Source: Bacteroidia bacterium (GTDB lineage Bacteria > Bacteroidota > Bacteroidia > M30B66). From it: a stretch of DNA of 64,000 bases. Numbering within the stretch: position 1 is the first letter of the stretch; each line of letters begins with the position of its first letter. Shown piece by piece: positions 28,511 to 39,223 of this stretch. The stretch spans positions 256,001 through 320,000 of the forward strand of contig OZ257142.1 of assembly GCA_965279035.1 (NCBI GenBank), in the 5' to 3' direction. The position numbers and the translations under genes are program-made. A model generated the notes under the pieces. That model saw only the letters and a program-made list of their open reading frames with translations. It had not been told where the DNA came from and made no database searches.

Positions 28511-31408
28511 ATGAGAAAATTTTTACTTTCAGCATTAGGGATACTTTGTTCCATGCTGGGTTTTGCTCAACAAATGGACTTGCCGGTTACATTTGATGCA
28601 GCAGGCGTAGATTATGGTGTGCTCGGATTTGAGGGAGCAGAAGCTTCTACAATCGAAGCTGACCCAACCGATGCAACGAATACAGTTGTTAAAGTAATTA
28701 AATCGGCAGCAGCACAACCTTGGGCAGGAACGACCATTACCAATGCAGCAGGTGATGGTTTAGCAACTGCGATTCCTTTTACTGCATCCAATACACAAAT
28801 GACACTACGTGTTTGGTCGCCTGATGCAGGAATTCAAGTGCGGTTGAAAGTAGAAGATCATAGCAATCCAACCATTTCGGTTGAAACTGAGGCAACTACA
28901 ACATCGGCAGGTGCATGGGAAATGTTGACGTTCAACTTTGCTAATCAAGCAAGTGGAACTGCCGCAATTAATTTTGCAAACAACTATAATAAAGCTTCCG
29001 TGTTCTTCAATTTTGGGACGAATGGAGCTACAGCAGGAGAAAAGACGTATTACTTCGATGATTTTTACTTTGTTTCTTCCGGCGGATTAGTGCAAATGTC
29101 ACTACCTGTAACGTTTGATGCTTCAGGAGTTGATTATGGTGTGCTTGGATTTGAAGGTGCTGAAGCTTCTACTATTGAAGTTGATCCAACCGATGCTACA
29201 AATACGGTAGTAAAAGTGATAAAATCAGCAAGTGCTCAACCTTGGGCTGGAACAACAGTTACTAATGCAGCAGGAGCTGGACTTTCTTCTCCAATTGGAT
29301 TTACTGCCATGAGCGCAAAAATGTCATTGCGTGTATGGTCGCCAGATGCTGGAATTCCTGTTCGTTTGAAAGTGGAAGACCATACTAATGCAGGCATTTC
29401 AGTTGAAACAGAAGCTACAACAACAACTGCTGGTGCATGGGAAACACTGATTTTCAATTTTGTAAATCAAGCAAGTGGAACAACTGCTTTGAATTTGGCT
29501 AATTCATATGATAAAGCATCAGTATTCTTCAACTTCGGAACGAATGGAGCGACAGCAGGTGAAAAAACGTATTATTTTGACGATCTAGCATTATATACGA
29601 TTGTCGTTCCTCCTGTAAATTACAACGTTACCTTTCAGGTTGATATGCAAAATGTATCTGGCTTTACAACGCCCGAAGTAAATGGTACATTCAATAGCTG
29701 GTGCGGCAACTGCAATGCGATGTCAGACTTGAATTCGGATGGAATTTGGGAAGTAACACTTTCTCTTCCGGCAGGAAATTATGAATACAAATATTCTTAT
29801 GATTCATGGGCTGGACAAGAGACTTTAACAGAAGGAAGTTCTTGTACCATCACCAGTTTCGGAAATACGAATCGTACTTTAGCGTTAAATGCTGATATGG
29901 TTATTCCAGCTGTTTGTTGGGAACGTTGTACCGATTGCAATACTATCGTTTTAAATCAGATGGATCTTCCAGTTACATTCGAAGATTTAGCTGTTGAATA
30001 TGGTGTAATTGGATTTGAAGGTGCTGAAGCCTCTTCTATTGTTGCCGATCCAACCAATGCTGCCAATACTGTTGTTAAAGTAATCAAATCGGCTTCTGCT
30101 CAACCATGGGCTGGAACAACGGTTTCGAATCCTGCGGGAGATGGTCTTGCTTCTCCAATTCCATTCACATCTACCGAAAAACAAATGTCATTGCGCATTT
30201 GGTCGCCTGATGCAGGTATTCCAGTTCGTTTGAAAGTAGAAGATCATACAAACCCAACTCATTCGGTTGAAACCGAAGCAACAACAGCTTCTGCAGGAGC
30301 TTGGGAAACTCTAATCTTCAATTTCGCCAATCAAGCTACTGGAACAGCTGCATACGACGCTACTTATAGCTATGATAAAGCTTCTGTGTTTTTCAATTTC
30401 GGAACAAACGGAGCAACAGCTGGAGAAAAAACCTATTATTTCGACGACCTTGATTTCCATCCAGGAAGTGTTCAATCGGATTCTTTTAACGTGACTTTCC
30501 AAGTAGACATGCAAAATGTAACTGGATTCACGCTTCCAGAAGTGAACGGAATTTTTAACAACTGGTGTGGTGGATGTGCTCCAATGAGCGATGCGAATAG
30601 TGACGGAATTTGGAACTTAACAATCAGATTAGCTCCTGGAACATACGAATACAAATACGCTTACGACAATTGGGCTGGACAAGAAACATTAGCTCCAGGT
30701 GGATCGTGTGTTCTAACTACTGGAGCATTCACTAACCGTATTATTACTGTTGATGCAGACATTACACTTCCGGTAGTTTGCTGGAATAGTTGTTCAGCTT
30801 GTGACAATCCATCTGGTCCATTCAACGTGACATTCCAAGTAGACATGCGTGATGTAGCTACTTTTACTACTCCAGAAGTAAACGGGACATTCAACAACTG
30901 GTGTGGAGGATGTGCTCCAATGACCGATGCGAACAGCGACAATATTTGGGAAATCATCATTCCTTTACCTGCCGATACGTTTGAGTACAAATTTGCAAAC
31001 GACAACTGGACTGGACAAGAGAGCTTAACCTCTGGATCAAGCTGCACCATCACTACGGATGGTTTCACGAATCGCCAAATCATTGTTACTGAAAACATCG
31101 TACTTCCAGCAGTTTGTTGGGGAAGTTGTGACCCGTGTGTGGATGGATTTGAAATGCTAAACACAAACAGTTTAAATATCTATCCAAACCCAGCACAAGG
31201 ACAATTAAACATTGCTTTAAATCAGCAAGTAAATGACAAATTGAACCTTCGGGTAATGGATGCAAGCGGACGAGTTGTTTTCTCTAGCATATACAATCCA
31301 GCTCAAAAACTGAGTGTCGATACTAAGAATCTGGCTAACGGAGTCTATTTCCTTCAGGTTTCTTCTAATGAAATTCAAGTTTCAAAAACCTTTATTGTTC
31401 AGAATTAA
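28511..31408 (+). CDS. Secreted T9SS protein built from repeated putative carbohydrate-binding modules (A-A-B-A-B-B-CTD)
   Basis: Three ~170-aa repeats (LPVTF...AQPWAGTT...YYFDD) and three ~105-aa Cys-rich repeats (VTFQVDM...NG.FN.WCG...YEYK); CTD IYPNP...GVYFLQV. Confidence 0.85.
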   Translation: MRKFLLSALGILCSMLGFAQQMDLPVTFDAAGVDYGVLGFEGAEASTIEADPTDATNTVVKVIKSAAAQPWAGTTITNAAGDGLATAIPFTASNTQMTLRVWSPDAGIQVRLKVEDHSNPTISVETEATTTSAGAWEMLTFNFANQASGTAAINFANNYNKASVFFNFGTNGATAGEKTYYFDDFYFVSSGGLVQMSLPVTFDASGVDYGVLGFEGAEASTIEVDPTDATNTVVKVIKSASAQPWAGTTVTNAAGAGLSSPIGFTAMSAKMSLRVWSPDAGIPVRLKVEDHTNAGISVETEATTTTAGAWETLIFNFVNQASGTTALNLANSYDKASVFFNFGTNGATAGEKTYYFDDLALYTIVVPPVNYNVTFQVDMQNVSGFTTPEVNGTFNSWCGNCNAMSDLNSDGIWEVTLSLPAGNYEYKYSYDSWAGQETLTEGSSCTITSFGNTNRTLALNADMVIPAVCWERCTDCNTIVLNQMDLPVTFEDLAVEYGVIGFEGAEASSIVADPTNAANTVVKVIKSASAQPWAGTTVSNPAGDGLASPIPFTSTEKQMSLRIWSPDAGIPVRLKVEDHTNPTHSVETEATTASAGAWETLIFNFANQATGTAAYDATYSYDKASVFFNFGTNGATAGEKTYYFDDLDFHPGSVQSDSFNVTFQVDMQNVTGFTLPEVNGIFNNWCGGCAPMSDANSDGIWNLTIRLAPGTYEYKYAYDNWAGQETLAPGGSCVLTTGAFTNRIITVDADITLPVVCWNSCSACDNPSGPFNVTFQVDMRDVATFTTPEVNGTFNNWCGGCAPMTDANSDNIWEIIIPLPADTFEYKFANDNWTGQESLTSGSSCTITTDGFTNRQIIVTENIVLPAVCWGSCDPCVDGFEMLNTNSLNIYPNPAQGQLNIALNQQVNDKLNLRVMDASGRVVFSSIYNPAQKLSVDTKNLANGVYFLQVSSNEIQVSKTFIVQN

Positions 31409-31428
31409 TATGTTTCAACCAGATAAGG

Positions 31429-31450
31429 AGCCCGCTTTTGCGGGCTTTTT
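31429..31450 (+). terminator. Intrinsic terminator
   Basis: AGCCCGC-TTTT-GCGGGCT followed by a T tract. Confidence 0.85.
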
Positions 31451-31556
31451 ATTTATCTGATGTTTTTTTACCTACTAGAATACATTTCAGCTAATTCCAA
31501 TTTCTGCTTTGGTACATGCCAATGCTTTCTCTATTTTGCACGAATCAAACCGCCCA

Positions 31557-33044
31557 ATGAAAAACAACAAAGCCTTCGCAACGCTCATCTCTGTCTTCTT
31601 TTTCTGGGGATTTGTAGCCGCTAGCAACGACATTCTGATTCCGGTTTTCAAAGAAAAGCTTCAGCTCGAACAGTGGCAAAGTCAAATGATCTCTTTCGCG
31701 TTCTATGTGGCTTACACTGTTGGTTCGGTCATTTATTTTCTCTTATCAAAATTCTCGGGTGGTGATCTCCTCAACCGAATTGGATATAAAAACGGTATTG
31801 CACTAGGCTTAGTCATTTCAGCTATTGGAACCATGTTGTTTTATCCAGCAGCTGAACTGGCTTCTTTCCCCATGATGATTTCTGGTTTGTTCATCGTTGG
31901 ACTTGGTTTCTCTCTTCAGCAAACTGCTGCAAATCCACTGGTCATCTCCATTGGTGATCCGAAGAAAGGTTCTCAACGATTGAGCATGGCAGGAGGTATC
32001 AATAATTTTGGAACGACGATCGGTCCGCTTATCGTGAGCTACGCCATTTTCGGCTCTGTTGCTGGTGCTATTAAAGTTGATTCGCTCGATGCTGTAAAAG
32101 TGCCCTACCTCATCTTAGGAGCTGCCTTTTTAATCGTTGCTCTCATTTTCAAATTTTCGTCTCTACCCAACAAAATCGACCCAGAAATTTCGGTCGATGA
32201 TACATCATCCAAAACCAAAGACATTTTAGACGAATCAGCCATTCAAAAAGCCACTCGTCAATTAGTAAATATCAAGGAAAAAACATCCGCCATTCAATAT
32301 CCTCAACTTTGGATGGGTATGATTGCTATATTTCTATACGTGGGCGTAGAAGTATCAACCGCTTCTAACCTTCCAGAATTCATGAAGCAACATCTTCACA
32401 CTCCAACTAACGAAATTGCTCCGTTTGTTTCTTTATTTTGGGCGAGTTTGATGATTGGTCGTTGGACAGGTGCTGTGGGAGCAATGAACGTAACAAATTC
32501 TGCCAAGCAACTATTTCGCTTCCTCATGCCCTATTTGGCGTTTGGAATCTTTTTACTTGCTAATCGCATCGCCAATCACGATACTTCATCGCTTTACTTG
32601 TATGCAGCGGTTTTATTGATTCTAGTCGCCGCCGACTACTTCAGCAAAGGAAATCCGGCTCGACAATTATTAATCTTCTCTAGCCTCGGAATTACCGCAT
32701 TATGTATAGGAATGCTAGCCGATGGAATGATAAGCGTTTACGCATTCATTAGCGTTGGTTTATTTTGCTCAACCTTATGGCCTTGCATTTTCACTTTGGC
32801 AATTGCTGGATTAGGAAAACATACCAATCAAGGCTCCGGTTTCCTCATTATGATGATAATGGGTGGAGGTTTTATCAGTCTGTTTCAAGGAGTTTTGGCA
32901 GGTGATCATTATTTAGGCATCCAACACAGCTATATTGTGGGCGTAATCTGCTTTCTTTACCTCGCATTTTACGGTTGGAAAACCAACGACCTGCTCAAGA
33001 AACAAGGAATTAATTACGATGCAACAAACGCATCAGCTCATTAA
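31557..33044 (+). CDS. MFS sugar transporter (FucP/GluP/NagP-like)
   Basis: FFFWGF, IGYKNG, LQQTAANP, FLYVGVEV and WPCIF.LA motifs; 12 or more TM helices. Confidence 0.9.
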   Translation: MKNNKAFATLISVFFFWGFVAASNDILIPVFKEKLQLEQWQSQMISFAFYVAYTVGSVIYFLLSKFSGGDLLNRIGYKNGIALGLVISAIGTMLFYPAAELASFPMMISGLFIVGLGFSLQQTAANPLVISIGDPKKGSQRLSMAGGINNFGTTIGPLIVSYAIFGSVAGAIKVDSLDAVKVPYLILGAAFLIVALIFKFSSLPNKIDPEISVDDTSSKTKDILDESAIQKATRQLVNIKEKTSAIQYPQLWMGMIAIFLYVGVEVSTASNLPEFMKQHLHTPTNEIAPFVSLFWASLMIGRWTGAVGAMNVTNSAKQLFRFLMPYLAFGIFLLANRIANHDTSSLYLYAAVLLILVAADYFSKGNPARQLLIFSSLGITALCIGMLADGMISVYAFISVGLFCSTLWPCIFTLAIAGLGKHTNQGSGFLIMMIMGGGFISLFQGVLAGDHYLGIQHSYIVGVICFLYLAFYGWKTNDLLKKQGINYDATNASAH

Positions 33045-33055
33045 TAGAAAATAAC

Positions 33056-33985
33056 ATGGAAGAAGTCGTTGCCGGAATCGATATTGGCGGAACCAACACA
33101 ACCATTGGTCTCGTTAACAAATCGGGGCGAGTGCTTGCGAAAGATGGTATCAAAACCAAGCAATATCCCGAAATCGGTGATTTTGTTACAGCAGCTGCTT
33201 CTCTCATTAGCAAACAGCTCGAAAACATACGTCGCGATATTCCCGAACTCAGCCTCAAAGGCATTGGCATTGGTGCTCCTAACGCCAATCCACACAAAGG
33301 AACCATCGAAAATGCTCCTAACTTAAGCTGGCATGGTATCGTTCCATTAGCTAAACTCATGACTGAGAAGCTTTATGTTCGCTGCGCCCTCACAAACGAC
33401 GCCAAAGCAGCGGCCCTAGGTGAACAAAAATTCGGTGCGGCTAAAGGCATGAAGGATTTTCTCGTAATCACCCTCGGTACAGGTTTAGGAAGCGGAATTG
33501 TTGCTAATGGCTCACTCATTTATGGTCACGATGGTTTTGCCGGCGAACTCGGTCATGTAATTGTTGTGCCTGGCGGAAGATTGTGTGGCTGCGGCCGAAA
33601 TGGTTGCCTCGAAACATACGTGAGCGCAACCGGACTGGTTCGTACATATCGCGAACTTAACCCCAATGCTACTGAAGAAGCCGATGCTCGAGCCATTGCC
33701 GAATTGGCTCAAGGTGGCGATGAAGTGGCAATCGAAACGTATCGCAGAACGGGCGAAATGCTAGGTTTTTCCCTCGCAAACAGTGTGGCTTACACGAGCC
33801 CTGAAGCGATTTTCCTTTTTGGCGGACTCATCCGTGCAGGAGAAATTCTCTTTCAACCTACACGTGAAGCATTCGAAAAGAATCTGCTCAATAACTACAA
33901 AGGTCATATTCACATACATCCATCGGCGCTTCATGAAAGCGATGCGGCTGTTTTGGGTGCGGCATCTATCATCTGGAACGAATAA
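33056..33985 (+). CDS. ROK-family sugar kinase
   Basis: GIDIGGT, NDAKAAALGE, TLGTGLGSG, GELGH and CGCGRNGCLETY. Confidence 0.92.
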   Translation: MEEVVAGIDIGGTNTTIGLVNKSGRVLAKDGIKTKQYPEIGDFVTAAASLISKQLENIRRDIPELSLKGIGIGAPNANPHKGTIENAPNLSWHGIVPLAKLMTEKLYVRCALTNDAKAAALGEQKFGAAKGMKDFLVITLGTGLGSGIVANGSLIYGHDGFAGELGHVIVVPGGRLCGCGRNGCLETYVSATGLVRTYRELNPNATEEADARAIAELAQGGDEVAIETYRRTGEMLGFSLANSVAYTSPEAIFLFGGLIRAGEILFQPTREAFEKNLLNNYKGHIHIHPSALHESDAAVLGAASIIWNE

Positions 33986-33991
33986 TCTATT

Positions 33992-36280
33992 ATGAAACAC
34001 CTTGCTGCTTTCCTGATTTGTTTGCTTTCTCAGTGCATCCTTCAGGCGCAGAAAGGCATCATACCTCAACCACAAGAAATCGAATTCAACGGACAAGATT
34101 TTCTTGTTCAATCACCCATCATCACATTCGATGATTCTTTAATTTATCCAGAAGCAGAATTCCTTAAAGAATCCATTAATCGCTTTTACCAGCAGTCGTT
34201 GCGTATTGTAAGAATGCCCAATATTGCACCAGAAAAAGATCCTCCATTTTTCATTCATCTTCAAATCATTAATCCCGACACTTTACTTCCAATTGGCTGG
34301 TATTATCTGATTGTGGATAAAAACAGAATCAACATTACCGCCACCGAAAAAGCGGGGATTTTCTACGGAATTCAATCACTCCTTCAACTCGGTTATTACA
34401 ATGCTGAGAAGCAATTTGCTTTTCATGGTGCTAAAATCCCCAATGATTATCCCAACATGAAATGGCGTGGTATGCACCTCGATGTGAGCCGTCATTTCTT
34501 CCCAAAAGAATTCATTCTGAAGTACATCGACTTACTGGCGATGAACAAGATGAACGTTTTTCATTGGCACCTTACCGATGATCAAGGTTGGCGCATCGAA
34601 ATCAAGAAATATCCAAAACTAACTTCAATTGGTGGCTGGCGAAAAGGCTCCATGCTTGGGCATTACAACGAACAGCGCTACGATACCATTCGTTATGGAG
34701 GTTTTTATACCCAAGATGAGATTCGTGAAGTAGTGGCTTATGCTGAAAAACGCCACGTGACGATTGTCCCTGAAATTGAAATGCCTGGTCACGCATTAGC
34801 TGCGCTATCGGCGTATCCTCAATTCTCTTGCACGGGCGGTCCATTTGAAGTAGCAAAAGGCTGGGGCGTTTTTGACGATGTGTTTTGTCCGAAGGAAGAA
34901 ACCTTCAATTTCTTGCAAGATGTTTTGGATGAGGTGCTGACGCTTTTCCCTGGAAAATACATCCACATTGGTGGAGATGAGTGCCCTAAAACACGCTGGG
35001 AAAAATGCAAAGCGTGTCAGAAACGCATGAAGGATAACAACCTGAAAGACGAGATGGCTTTGCAGAGTTTTTTCATCCAACGAATAGAGAAATACCTCAA
35101 TAGTAAAGGCAAACAGATCATTGGCTGGGACGAGATTTTAGAAGGTGGCTTAGCTCCCAATGCTGCAGTTATGAGCTGGCGGGGAACTGAGGGGGGAATT
35201 GAAGCCGCGCACTTGCATCATCCTGTAGTAATGACGCCCGGTTCGCATTGTTATTTCGATCACTATCAAGGAAATCCACGACAAGAGCCTGTTGCTATTG
35301 GAGGATATACAACACTTGAAAAAGTTTACAGCTTCCAACCTGTTCCCGAAAAACTCACACCCGAAGTACGAACGTACATTTTAGGTGCTCAAGGAAATGT
35401 GTGGACCGAATACATCAACACATCACGCGATGTAGAATACATGGCTGTTCCACGGATGAGCGCATTGGCAGAAGTGCTCTGGACAAATGAAGTTTCGCGC
35501 AATTACATCCACTTTACCGAACGTCTAACGGAATTCTCTGGCTTATTAAAGAAGATGGATGTGAACATGGCGCATAGCTGGCAAAGACCGGTATTGTCAA
35601 CCCTTGCTCAAAATGGTGTATTAAAAGCGGAAGCCAAACCTCCAGTTCCGGGTAAAAAAATGATGTATGAGTTCAGCAAGCCGGGAATGAAAATCAATGG
35701 GGCTAAAATGGAATATGTGGCACCTGTTGATCTGATTGATAAGAACATTCAGTTTCGTGTTTGGGTGGAAGAAAACGATTCTACACGTTATGAATCCAGC
35801 TTGTTTATACGAAGTAGTTTGGCGAGTGCTAAACAAGTGAGTTTTGCAAAAGCACCTTCGGAACATTATCCCGGAAAAGGCGGTTTTACATTAGTTGATG
35901 GAATTGTAGCAGTGCTCCCTCGAATCAATAGCGAATGGCTTGGCTGGAGCGGCGATGATATGATTGCTACGATTGATTTAGGAGCAACACAAACCATTAG
36001 CAAGGCTGAAATTGGAGTTCTCAATGACCCTACGAATTGGATTTACGAGCCATCGGAGATACAATTAGAAAGGTCTATGGATGGAATTAAGTGGGAAAAC
36101 ATTTTAGTCTCAACAATCGTCCCCTTCAAACCCAATCCTCGAATAAAGCAGCTGAATTTTAGTCCAGTTGATGCACGATATATTCGCATTAGCGCTAAAA
36201 ATCCGGGAATTATTCCAGCAGGAAACCCCGGTGCAGGCAAGAATTCTTGGATCTTTTTTGATGAAATCTTTATTGAATAA
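33992..36280 (+). CDS. GH20 beta-N-acetylhexosaminidase with C-terminal F5/8-like domain
   Basis: WRGMHLDVSRHF, HWHLTDDQGWR, PEIEMPGH, HIGGDE and WTEY. Confidence 0.95.
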   Translation: MKHLAAFLICLLSQCILQAQKGIIPQPQEIEFNGQDFLVQSPIITFDDSLIYPEAEFLKESINRFYQQSLRIVRMPNIAPEKDPPFFIHLQIINPDTLLPIGWYYLIVDKNRINITATEKAGIFYGIQSLLQLGYYNAEKQFAFHGAKIPNDYPNMKWRGMHLDVSRHFFPKEFILKYIDLLAMNKMNVFHWHLTDDQGWRIEIKKYPKLTSIGGWRKGSMLGHYNEQRYDTIRYGGFYTQDEIREVVAYAEKRHVTIVPEIEMPGHALAALSAYPQFSCTGGPFEVAKGWGVFDDVFCPKEETFNFLQDVLDEVLTLFPGKYIHIGGDECPKTRWEKCKACQKRMKDNNLKDEMALQSFFIQRIEKYLNSKGKQIIGWDEILEGGLAPNAAVMSWRGTEGGIEAAHLHHPVVMTPGSHCYFDHYQGNPRQEPVAIGGYTTLEKVYSFQPVPEKLTPEVRTYILGAQGNVWTEYINTSRDVEYMAVPRMSALAEVLWTNEVSRNYIHFTERLTEFSGLLKKMDVNMAHSWQRPVLSTLAQNGVLKAEAKPPVPGKKMMYEFSKPGMKINGAKMEYVAPVDLIDKNIQFRVWVEENDSTRYESSLFIRSSLASAKQVSFAKAPSEHYPGKGGFTLVDGIVAVLPRINSEWLGWSGDDMIATIDLGATQTISKAEIGVLNDPTNWIYEPSEIQLERSMDGIKWENILVSTIVPFKPNPRIKQLNFSPVDARYIRISAKNPGIIPAGNPGAGKNSWIFFDEIFIE

Positions 36281-37275
36281 TGGCAAGCAATCGACGCGGT
36301 TTTCTTAAATCCGGTATACTCGGAACAGCAGCATTGGGCATCACACCTTTTGTGAAAGAGAGTATGGGCGCAACTTTCAGCGTATCCTCTTCGCCTCTCA
36401 TTCAGCAAAAACCCATTGTGCTTTCTACTTGGAAATTTGGATTGAAAGCCAACGAAGAAGCCTGGAAAATTTTATCGAAAAACGGTCATGCACTTGATGC
36501 GGTGGAGGCCGGAGTAATGGTGGTAGAAGCCGATCCAGAAGAGCGCAGTGTAGGCTATGGCGGAAGACCTGACCGAGATGGCCGTGTGACTTTGGATGCA
36601 TGCATCATGGATGAAAACCTCAACATTGGTTCAGTGGCCTGTTTGGAGCACATCATGCACCCTATTTCGGTGGCGCGCAGAGTGATGGAAAAAACGCCGC
36701 ATGTGATGTTGGTGGGCGATGGCGCCTTGCAATTTGCCTTAGAGCAGGGTTTTCCAAAAATCAAATTACTGACGCCCGAATCAGAATCCGAGTGGAAAGA
36801 GTGGTTGAAGAAATCGGAGTACAAACCCAAAGTAAACATCGAAAATCACGATACCATTGGCATGATTGCACTCGATGCACAAGGACGTTTATCGGGCTGT
36901 TGCACCACTTCGGGCATGGCGTATAAAATGCACGGTCGCGTAGGCGATTCTCCCATTATCGGTGCTGGATTGTATGTGGATGGAGAAATTGGAGCCGCTA
37001 CAGCTACCGGACATGGAGAAGAAGTGATTCGTATTGCCGGTTGTCATTTGGTAGTCGAACTCATGCGCCAAGGAAGAACACCCGAAGAAGCCTGTAAAGA
37101 AGCTGTCGAGCGCGTGTACAAAAAGCAACAAAATCGCATTAAAGACATTCAAGTCGGATTTATTGCTCTCAACATCGCTGGACAAACTGGCGCCTATTGC
37201 GTGCAGCCTGGATTCAACTATGCCTTGCACGATGTAAGTGGCAATCGCTTGATTGATGCAGGAAGTCGAATTTGA
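36280..37275 (+). CDS. N(4)-(beta-N-acetylglucosaminyl)-L-asparaginase (glycosylasparaginase)
   Basis: Tat signal SNRRGFLK; autocleavage site NHD|TIG; GRVGDSPIIGAG. Confidence 0.92.
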   Translation: MASNRRGFLKSGILGTAALGITPFVKESMGATFSVSSSPLIQQKPIVLSTWKFGLKANEEAWKILSKNGHALDAVEAGVMVVEADPEERSVGYGGRPDRDGRVTLDACIMDENLNIGSVACLEHIMHPISVARRVMEKTPHVMLVGDGALQFALEQGFPKIKLLTPESESEWKEWLKKSEYKPKVNIENHDTIGMIALDAQGRLSGCCTTSGMAYKMHGRVGDSPIIGAGLYVDGEIGAATATGHGEEVIRIAGCHLVVELMRQGRTPEEACKEAVERVYKKQQNRIKDIQVGFIALNIAGQTGAYCVQPGFNYALHDVSGNRLIDAGSRI

Positions 37276-37276
37276 T

Positions 37277-39223
37277 TTATTTCTCAAAAAATCCAGCCGA
37301 ACGTTTGGGAGAACCATCCCAATTAAGCACACTCCAGGACATCACAGGAGCTACTTCATTCAATTGCCAAAAGAGCGTTCCCATGCAATACGGAGCAGCT
37401 TTTTTATGTGCCTCACTCGCGGCTCTATAAACCATCATTTGCAAATGCTGTGAAGAGTTAATTATTTCCTGATTGGTAGTATGGGGCAATCCGTTTTCGT
37501 CGAGGTAACGAAGCAGCAAACCAATGCCTTTGTAGCTTTTTACTAAATCACGTAAATCAATATCATTCAACTTTTTCCCATAGGTTTCCTCCAACAATTC
37601 TATAGAAGGAAATGAGGGAAATCCATATTCACTCATAAAACGAGGAATGCGTGTAAGCACCGAATCCACCGGATATTCGCCGTGCCACACCGACCAGTCG
37701 TGATTATCACCGGTTTTTAATTCCGACACTTCTCCCCAGTTGGAGACAGGCGTGGATGGGAGATAAGGGATTTCGAGGGAGGTTTGACGAAGGATTTCAG
37801 GAAGAAAACTTTCAAAGAAAAAGACGTAGTCGTGATCCAACATATTCTTTTGAGGGATTTTATATTGGTAAGTAGTTTCCCAGCCCCAATTTTTCCGTCC
37901 CACATTGATTTCATTGTTACCACACCAAAGCGCCAAACTTGGATGCTTTGCTAAGCGTTCCGATTGATAGACGATTTCCTGTTTCACGTTTTCTAGAAAA
38001 GGATCATCTACCGGATAATAAGAACAGGCAAACATAGCATCTTGCCAAATCATCACGCCGTGTTCATCCGCCCAGTTAAAAAAAGCTTCAGGCAAATAGG
38101 TTCCACCACCCCAAATGCGCAACATATTGAAGCCAGCAATTTGCACGTATTGTAGCTCTTTCGTAGATAAACCAGCGACGCGATCTCCTTCAAAAGCTTC
38201 GTTTGGCATTACCACATTGGCTCCGTTGGCAAAGACTGGCTCGTAATTCACTTTAAACGTAAAGGAAACGCCTGTTGAATCGGGTTGGCGTTCTAAGTCA
38301 ATCATGCGAATGCCAAATCGAAAATCCTGTTTCTTTTCCTCCTGTTTATCAAACCAACAATGTGCGGTATATAGTTGCGGTCCATCATTCATTCCGATTG
38401 GCCACCAAAGTTTCGCTTTAGTGATTTTCACCTGAATAAGTGTATCGAAAACTCCTCGTTTAAGTTGAATGTGCTCGGTTAGACTATCGATTTGAAGATG
38501 CAGTACTTGCTTTTTCTTAGAAGCAATTCCCTTGAGATGAATGTCTAATTGAACGTCTCCATAGGCGATTGATCTCGTTACGACACGCAACGATTGTACT
38601 TCCTGTGGAGCATGTTCAATGAGTTGAGGCATGACACGAAAGCCCGTATAGATTTCGGGATAACAAAAATCCCAACCAAATTCCTGTTGCGGCTGACGAA
38701 TAAAGGGAGCCGTTTTGATAGAATCGACTTGGTTTCCTGCGGGCATAGGGAAATTCCGTCGTGTGAGTTCATCTACTTCTTCGCGGGGCGGACGAAATTG
38801 TATGCGTAATACATTGTGTTTTTTGAGCAGTTTTTTAGGAACCGGAAAAGACCAAAGTCGGAATGCGTTATTGGTTTCGCCAAGGAGTTGATCGTTGAGA
38901 AAAATACGTGTGAACGTTTGCAGGTAATTGAATTGTAATTCGAGGTTTTTATGCTGTGGAGCATCAAACGAACAAGAAATTTCGAGTGCTAAGGAGGCAA
39001 TCGAATCGTGATAGGCGATACTTTCTTTGGAGTAACGAAGTCGAAGTTTTGGGTTTTGAACAGAAGCATGCAGTCGAGCTAAATCAACTAAATTGAGAGC
39101 TCCTTGAAATGGAATTTCAGAGGATGAGCCGTTTATACGCAAGTTCCATTGTTTCAACTGAAGCGTATCGGCTGAAAAGACAAAAAGAGGAATAAACAGC
39201 AGTACTAGTGCGAGTTGGCGCAT
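37277..39223 (-). CDS. GH2 beta-mannosidase-like protein (short, C-terminal domains absent)
   Basis: FGWD, NMLRIWGGG, WQDAMFAC, WCGNNE, RFMSEYGFPS and WQLN; ends about 25 aa after WQLN. Confidence 0.85.
   Translation of the reverse strand: MRQLALVLLFIPLFVFSADTLQLKQWNLRINGSSSEIPFQGALNLVDLARLHASVQNPKLRLRYSKESIAYHDSIASLALEISCSFDAPQHKNLELQFNYLQTFTRIFLNDQLLGETNNAFRLWSFPVPKKLLKKHNVLRIQFRPPREEVDELTRRNFPMPAGNQVDSIKTAPFIRQPQQEFGWDFCYPEIYTGFRVMPQLIEHAPQEVQSLRVVTRSIAYGDVQLDIHLKGIASKKKQVLHLQIDSLTEHIQLKRGVFDTLIQVKITKAKLWWPIGMNDGPQLYTAHCWFDKQEEKKQDFRFGIRMIDLERQPDSTGVSFTFKVNYEPVFANGANVVMPNEAFEGDRVAGLSTKELQYVQIAGFNMLRIWGGGTYLPEAFFNWADEHGVMIWQDAMFACSYYPVDDPFLENVKQEIVYQSERLAKHPSLALWCGNNEINVGRKNWGWETTYQYKIPQKNMLDHDYVFFFESFLPEILRQTSLEIPYLPSTPVSNWGEVSELKTGDNHDWSVWHGEYPVDSVLTRIPRFMSEYGFPSFPSIELLEETYGKKLNDIDLRDLVKSYKGIGLLLRYLDENGLPHTTNQEIINSSQHLQMMVYRAASEAHKKAAPYCMGTLFWQLNEVAPVMSWSVLNWDGSPKRSAGFFEK

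Noticed and set aside
28571-31140. Internal repeats as a DGR or invertible cassette
   Set aside because: They are in-frame direct domain duplications, with no reverse transcriptase or recombinase nearby.
31461-31471. NrtR-like site upstream of the MFS gene
   Set aside because: The spacing is GT-N6-AC and the flanks do not pair.
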